Source of the DNA: a virus
UHGV virus genome: UHGV-1973422
Length of the DNA: 8,586 nt
Strand: one strand, 5' to 3'
Position 1 is the first letter of the stretch. Every line of letters begins with the position of its first letter. Under the pieces are notes generated by a model. That model did not search any database. It was not told the origin of the DNA and worked only from the letters and a program-made list of their open reading frames with translations. This document shows positions 5,777 through 8,586 of the stretch, in pieces. A program made the translations under genes and the position numbers.

Positions 5777-6151
5777 TTACTCCTGACAGGTAACAGTCTG
5801 TAAATAACGGCCTTTTCTAATAACAACACGACAGGCATCTTTAATATCAACGGAATAACCATCTTTAATCAAATCAAAATACTGATATTTCATACCTTTT
5901 GCATCAACAAACGTAACGGAAACGTCAAAGCCAAGTTGTGAAAAAGAATTAATAGAAAGTCGGGGTAAGTCACTGGACGAATCAGGCGTTACCGCCCTCG
6001 CCTGTTCAGCATAAGCAGATTTAATAGCTGAGATTTCATCAACATTCTTTCCAGACTGGAGCCAGAAACCAAACGCAAGCCCCAGCGCCAAAAAAGAAAG
6101 CATTAATATAAGACGGTTCAATTTGCGAAAATAAATTTTAGTGAGGCGCAT
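5777..6151 (-). CDS. gXI: pXI-like protein from an in-frame internal start in gI (MRLTKIYFRKLNRLILMLSFLALGLAFGFWL...)
   Basis: Internal ATG at 6151-6149 is codon 241 of pI, the same codon position at which Ff pXI starts (MKLTKIYLKKFSRV... in M13). It is followed by a TM segment. Confidence 0.7.
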   Translation of the reverse strand: MRLTKIYFRKLNRLILMLSFLALGLAFGFWLQSGKNVDEISAIKSAYAEQARAVTPDSSSDLPRLSINSFSQLGFDVSVTFVDAKGMKYQYFDLIKDGYSVDIKDACRVVIRKGRYLQTVTCQE

Positions 6152-6871
6152 ATAATAATTAAATCCTCTGTGAACAGAAAATTGACCGTGCGTGATAAAT
6201 GGTGGCAAAAGCGAAAATGCGCCATGAGGATAATTATCTGTGAACGCTTGTTTGGTATTGTAAGCAGAATAAAGAGATTTTCCTGTATATATCCATTTAT
6301 CAACAGTGATTGAATTAACATTATCACCATATTTGACAATGCCAAAGTGTACCTTTGGTAAAGAAAATCTCGCCCCTGAAACCAAATTCATAATGGAGCC
6401 AACAAAAGGAATGTTTAATTTATCTGAACGGCGACAATAAACAACATGCTCAGCAAGCGCCAGACGAGCTTGCTTATCCATTATCGAAATATCCTGAATC
6501 AAAAATATAATATCCCAGCCTAATTTTCTGGCATGTAAAAACCAGTCAATAACAGGTTGTCTGTCTTTATCACCCCATGAGCGGGAATTAAACCAAGTAC
6601 CACATTCATCAAGTACAAGGAGGCCATTACGGGATTCATCGTAAGATGTATTCCCAATACCAATAGCAAGTAAATCATTTAATGAAGGCTTGTCAGGAAT
6701 GCGAATAACGCGCGTTTTTTTCGCATAACGCCCAACCATAGGCATATTATGCAATTTAAGATCAAGATTAGTGGCAACAGGACAACCCTTAGCAAGTCTT
6801 TCCTGTATTCTGGAAACACTAACAAGTGTCTTGCCTGAGCCTAATTTGCCTGTTACTACATAAACCGCCAT
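5777..6871 (-). CDS. gI: Assembly ATPase pI (Zot-like), 364 aa
   Basis: MAVYVVTGKLGSGKTLVSVSRIQ...LDECGTWFNSRSW.DK.RQPVIDWFLHARKLGWDIIFL.QD.SI.DKQAR.ALAEHVVYCRR is near-collinear with M13 pI (MAVYFVTGKLGSGKTLVSVGKIQ...). Walker A motif GKLGSGKT. The ATG directly follows the gVI stop (TAAATG). Confidence 0.95.
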   Translation of the reverse strand: MAVYVVTGKLGSGKTLVSVSRIQERLAKGCPVATNLDLKLHNMPMVGRYAKKTRVIRIPDKPSLNDLLAIGIGNTSYDESRNGLLVLDECGTWFNSRSWGDKDRQPVIDWFLHARKLGWDIIFLIQDISIMDKQARLALAEHVVYCRRSDKLNIPFVGSIMNLVSGARFSLPKVHFGIVKYGDNVNSITVDKWIYTGKSLYSAYNTKQAFTDNYPHGAFSLLPPFITHGQFSVHRGFNYYMRLTKIYFRKLNRLILMLSFLALGLAFGFWLQSGKNVDEISAIKSAYAEQARAVTPDSSSDLPRLSINSFSQLGFDVSVTFVDAKGMKYQYFDLIKDGYSVDIKDACRVVIRKGRYLQTVTCQE

Positions 6872-7213
6872 TTAAATCACCCTGTTTGCATAATCAAGAA
6901 ACTTTTGTTTTAAATCGAAAACAAAAACACTGATACGAGTAACCATAATAACGTTAACACACGCCTGAAAATGGTCAGGCAATACAGACGCCATTAAATG
7001 GGAGAAATCAGCAGGTAAACCGTTATACATGACCTCAGCAAGGTACTGCATTAAAAGCGTAACAGTTGTTGTAATTAATGCGACCAATGCAAAGGCGATT
7101 AATCCTGTTCTGGTAGCAAGTCGAGCTAAAAAACTCGCCACATAGCCAATAAACAAAGGAACAAGACCAATAAGAAAACGCAACAATGCAGGAATACCTA
7201 ATAATAAAGGCAT
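6872..7213 (-). CDS. gVI: Minor coat protein pVI, about 113 aa
   Basis: [14 protein letters not shown]...VFVFDLKQKFLDY matches M13 pVI MPVLLGIPLLLRFL...IFIFDVKQKIVSY. ATG 7213-7211 overlaps the gIII stop as TGATG. The track ORF starts one codon earlier at a GTG. Confidence 0.85.
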   Translation of the reverse strand: MPLLLGIPALLRFLIGLVPLFIGYVASFLARLATRTGLIAFALVALITTTVTLLMQYLAEVMYNGLPADFSHLMASVLPDHFQACVNVIMVTRISVFVFDLKQKFLDYANRVI

Positions 7214-8475
7214 CACTCACCCCCTTTGCGAAGCAATGAAGTTAAAGAAGTAAAGACATACCAGAACGTAAGGCAATAAAAAACCCATGAAAGAACATCT
7301 TTAATAGTCAGTAATTTATCGCAACCAATATCAATCTGATAAACCTCTCCGGGAAAAATAATAAAATCAGAGCAGCCGTTACCATTGGGTAAATTAGGCA
7401 GCATAGCACCTTTATTTAAAAACGCTTCCCATAAAGCACCGTGAGAATCCTTTTCAATTCCCAATTCAGAATCAGCCAAAGTAGAAGCGCCATCTAATTC
7501 AGAGTCGCCCTTTCCATAACGAGAATCACCACCTGAAGGGTCAGCAAAACGGCCAGCCCCCCGCGTAAGATTGTTAATGGAATCGTCAAGACGATTTATA
7601 TTATTCCTGGTTTGTTCATCGGCATTTTTTTTATCATCTGATGAAGTGTCTTTCTCCGTTAATTTATCATGAATATCGCTGGCTATTTTGGGTGAAGCAC
7701 CTTCGATCGCAGACTGAATATCACCTTTAGAAAGACTGGAACCACTAGAGCCACCGCCAGAACTACCGCCAGAACTACCGCCACCGGACTCACCACCGCC
7801 AGACTCACCACCGCCAGACTCACCACCGCCAGACTCACCACCGCCAGACTCACCACCACCATTTTGGGGGGTTGAGGGTTTATCAGAGGGGTCAGCTACA
7901 GCACCTGTAGGCTTCCATGTTGCAGCGCAAACAGTACCATCACCCTGACAAACAATGACACCAGTAGCCTCATATTCACAGCCGTTATAGTAGATATAGC
8001 GACCACCATCATATGAATCAACATTATTAAATACACCTTCTTCTGGCGGCTTCGCTTCACAAATTTCTTCTGGTGTCGGGTCAGTAGGTTTTTCATCAGG
8101 AACAGAACGCTGAATATTACCAACAATATAAGCCGTTAAAGACCAATATTTATCCTTCTGCCCTGGTGAATCGCTGTAAGTACAATCACCAGTAAAAACA
8201 AGACGGAATTCAGAATCAGGCCAGATACCCTCATAAGTTGGTTTAACCCGAGTAAATACACTCTGAGCACTGGATTTAGCACCCTGACAAGCAGAGGCCT
8301 GCATAGCAGCATCAATATAGTAAACCGTTGTCTTAGAGCCATCCTGATTGGTTATTTGCTTACTTTCAGCGTAGGCAGAACTTTGATAAGTGGATTTAGT
8401 AATGCTTTCCCATGACTCAGCATGTGAAAAAGGAGAAATGAGGACAGCGGAAAGAATTAATATTTTCCTTTTCAT
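7213..8475 (-). CDS. gIII: Adsorption / minor coat protein pIII, about 420 aa: signal peptide, N-terminal domain of unknown specificity, TolA-binding-like motif, Gly-rich linker, conserved C-terminal anchor
   Basis: Start at internal ATG 8475 ([19 protein letters not shown]|ESWES signal peptide). [24 protein letters not shown] resembles M13 N1 CLWNATGVVVCTGDETQCYGTWVP. (GGGES)n linker. C-terminus [36 protein letters not shown] matches M13 CDKINLFRGVFAFLLYVATFMYVFSTFANILRNKES. Confidence 0.9.
   Translation of the reverse strand: MKRKILILSAVLISPFSHAESWESITKSTYQSSAYAESKQITNQDGSKTTVYYIDAAMQASACQGAKSSAQSVFTRVKPTYEGIWPDSEFRLVFTGDCTYSDSPGQKDKYWSLTAYIVGNIQRSVPDEKPTDPTPEEICEAKPPEEGVFNNVDSYDGGRYIYYNGCEYEATGVIVCQGDGTVCAATWKPTGAVADPSDKPSTPQNGGGESGGGESGGGESGGGESGGGESGGGSSGGSSGGGSSGSSLSKGDIQSAIEGASPKIASDIHDKLTEKDTSSDDKKNADEQTRNNINRLDDSINNLTRGAGRFADPSGGDSRYGKGDSELDGASTLADSELGIEKDSHGALWEAFLNKGAMLPNLPNGNGCSDFIIFPGEVYQIDIGCDKLLTIKDVLSWVFYCLTFWYVFTSLTSLLRKGGE
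7750..7860 (-). repeat. Tandem 15-bp repeats (AGACTCACCACCGCC on the plus strand) encoding the (GGGES)n / (GGSS)n linker of pIII
   Basis: Four consecutive 15-mers at 7801-7860 (last copy ...CCACC) preceded by diverged copies at about 7759-7800. In frame within gIII. Confidence 0.9.
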
Positions 8476-8486
8476 AGTAACCCGCT

Positions 8487-8512
8487 TTAATAAAGGGGCA
8501 ACGAGTGCCCCT
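8487..8512 (-). terminator. Rho-independent terminator candidate between gVIII and gIII
   Basis: Minus-strand read AGGGGCA-CTCGT-TGCCCCT followed by TTATTAAAG: 7-bp GC-rich stem with a 5-nt loop. Ff phages have a strong terminator at exactly this position. Confidence 0.6.
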
Positions 8513-8521
8513 GAGTGAAAT

Positions 8522-8586
8522 TCAAACCGCTTTTGAAGAGAATTTTTTGAAAATACGAATGGCAAGCCCAGCGCCAACCACAGCCA
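8522..8586 (-). CDS. gVIII: Major coat protein pVIII, 3' portion (...[20 protein letters not shown]), continuing from 1..187
   Basis: Minus-strand translation ends in a basic C-terminus matching Ff pVIII ...IGIKLFKKFTSKAS; stop TGA at 8524-8522. The reading frame is continuous with the minus-strand ORF that leaves the window at position 1. Confidence 0.85.
   Translation of the reverse strand, partial: AVVGAGLAIRIFKKFSSKAV

Noticed and set aside
5770-5862. N-terminal extension of pIV (MVIPLILKMPVVLLLEK...)
   Set aside because: It overlaps the gI 3' end. The homology and signal peptide begin at the internal Met (5769), which has an AGGAG upstream.
6118-6345. Minus-strand ORF of 75 aa inside gI
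   Set aside because: It is in a different frame from pI/pXI with no support; pXI is the in-frame internal product.
7035-7220. Minus-strand ORF of 61 aa overlapping gVI
   Set aside because: Alternative frame of the conserved pVI gene; Cys-rich, low-complexity translation.
7750-7860. Tandem 15-bp repeats considered as a CRISPR array or satellite
   Set aside because: There are no spacers, the unit is far too short, and the repeats are in frame encoding the Gly-Ser linker of pIII.
7896-8342. Minus-strand ORFs 7896..8126 and 8136..8342 within gIII
   Set aside because: Out-of-frame overlaps of the pIII coding region.
8485-8495. CTTTAATAAAG resembling the Ff origin nick-site core
   Set aside because: It is the T-tract side of the gVIII-gIII terminator, not in the intergenic position expected for an origin, and lacks the flanking origin hairpin.
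8476-8577. N-terminal extension of pIII ([18 protein letters not shown]...)
   Set aside because: This frame reads through the gVIII 3' end and the terminator hairpin. The real start is ATG 8475, which begins a signal peptide.

Overview
The window reads as a complete, circularly permuted genome (or one unit of a tandem array) of an Ff-like filamentous phage (Inoviridae). The phage coding strand is the window minus strand. The core module gII/gX - gV - gVII - gIX - gVIII - terminator - gIII - gVI - gI/gXI - gIV occupies 4495..8586 plus 1..1814, with gene VIII split across the window ends and rejoining in frame. Where Ff phages have a ~0.5 kb intergenic region, this element has a ~2.7 kb accessory region (1815..4494). 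It contains: (i) an array of TGAGTTCA direct repeats between gII and a divergently transcribed ribbon-helix-helix (RHH) regulator gene; (ii) an antisense three-gene cargo block (a 4-TM membrane protein and two AT-rich proteins of unknown function); (iii) a large imperfect palindrome made of two inverted dif-like XerC/XerD sites around a perfect hairpin, a candidate fold-back attP for Xer-mediated integration at dif; and (iv) two small phage-strand genes (a CxxC zinc-ribbon protein and a 102-aa protein) after a long hairpin at the end of gIV. No integrase, transposase, tRNA, rRNA or CRISPR array was found. All homology statements rest on reading the translations against remembered Ff (M13/fd/IKe) proteins and E. 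coli dif; nothing was searched or computed.
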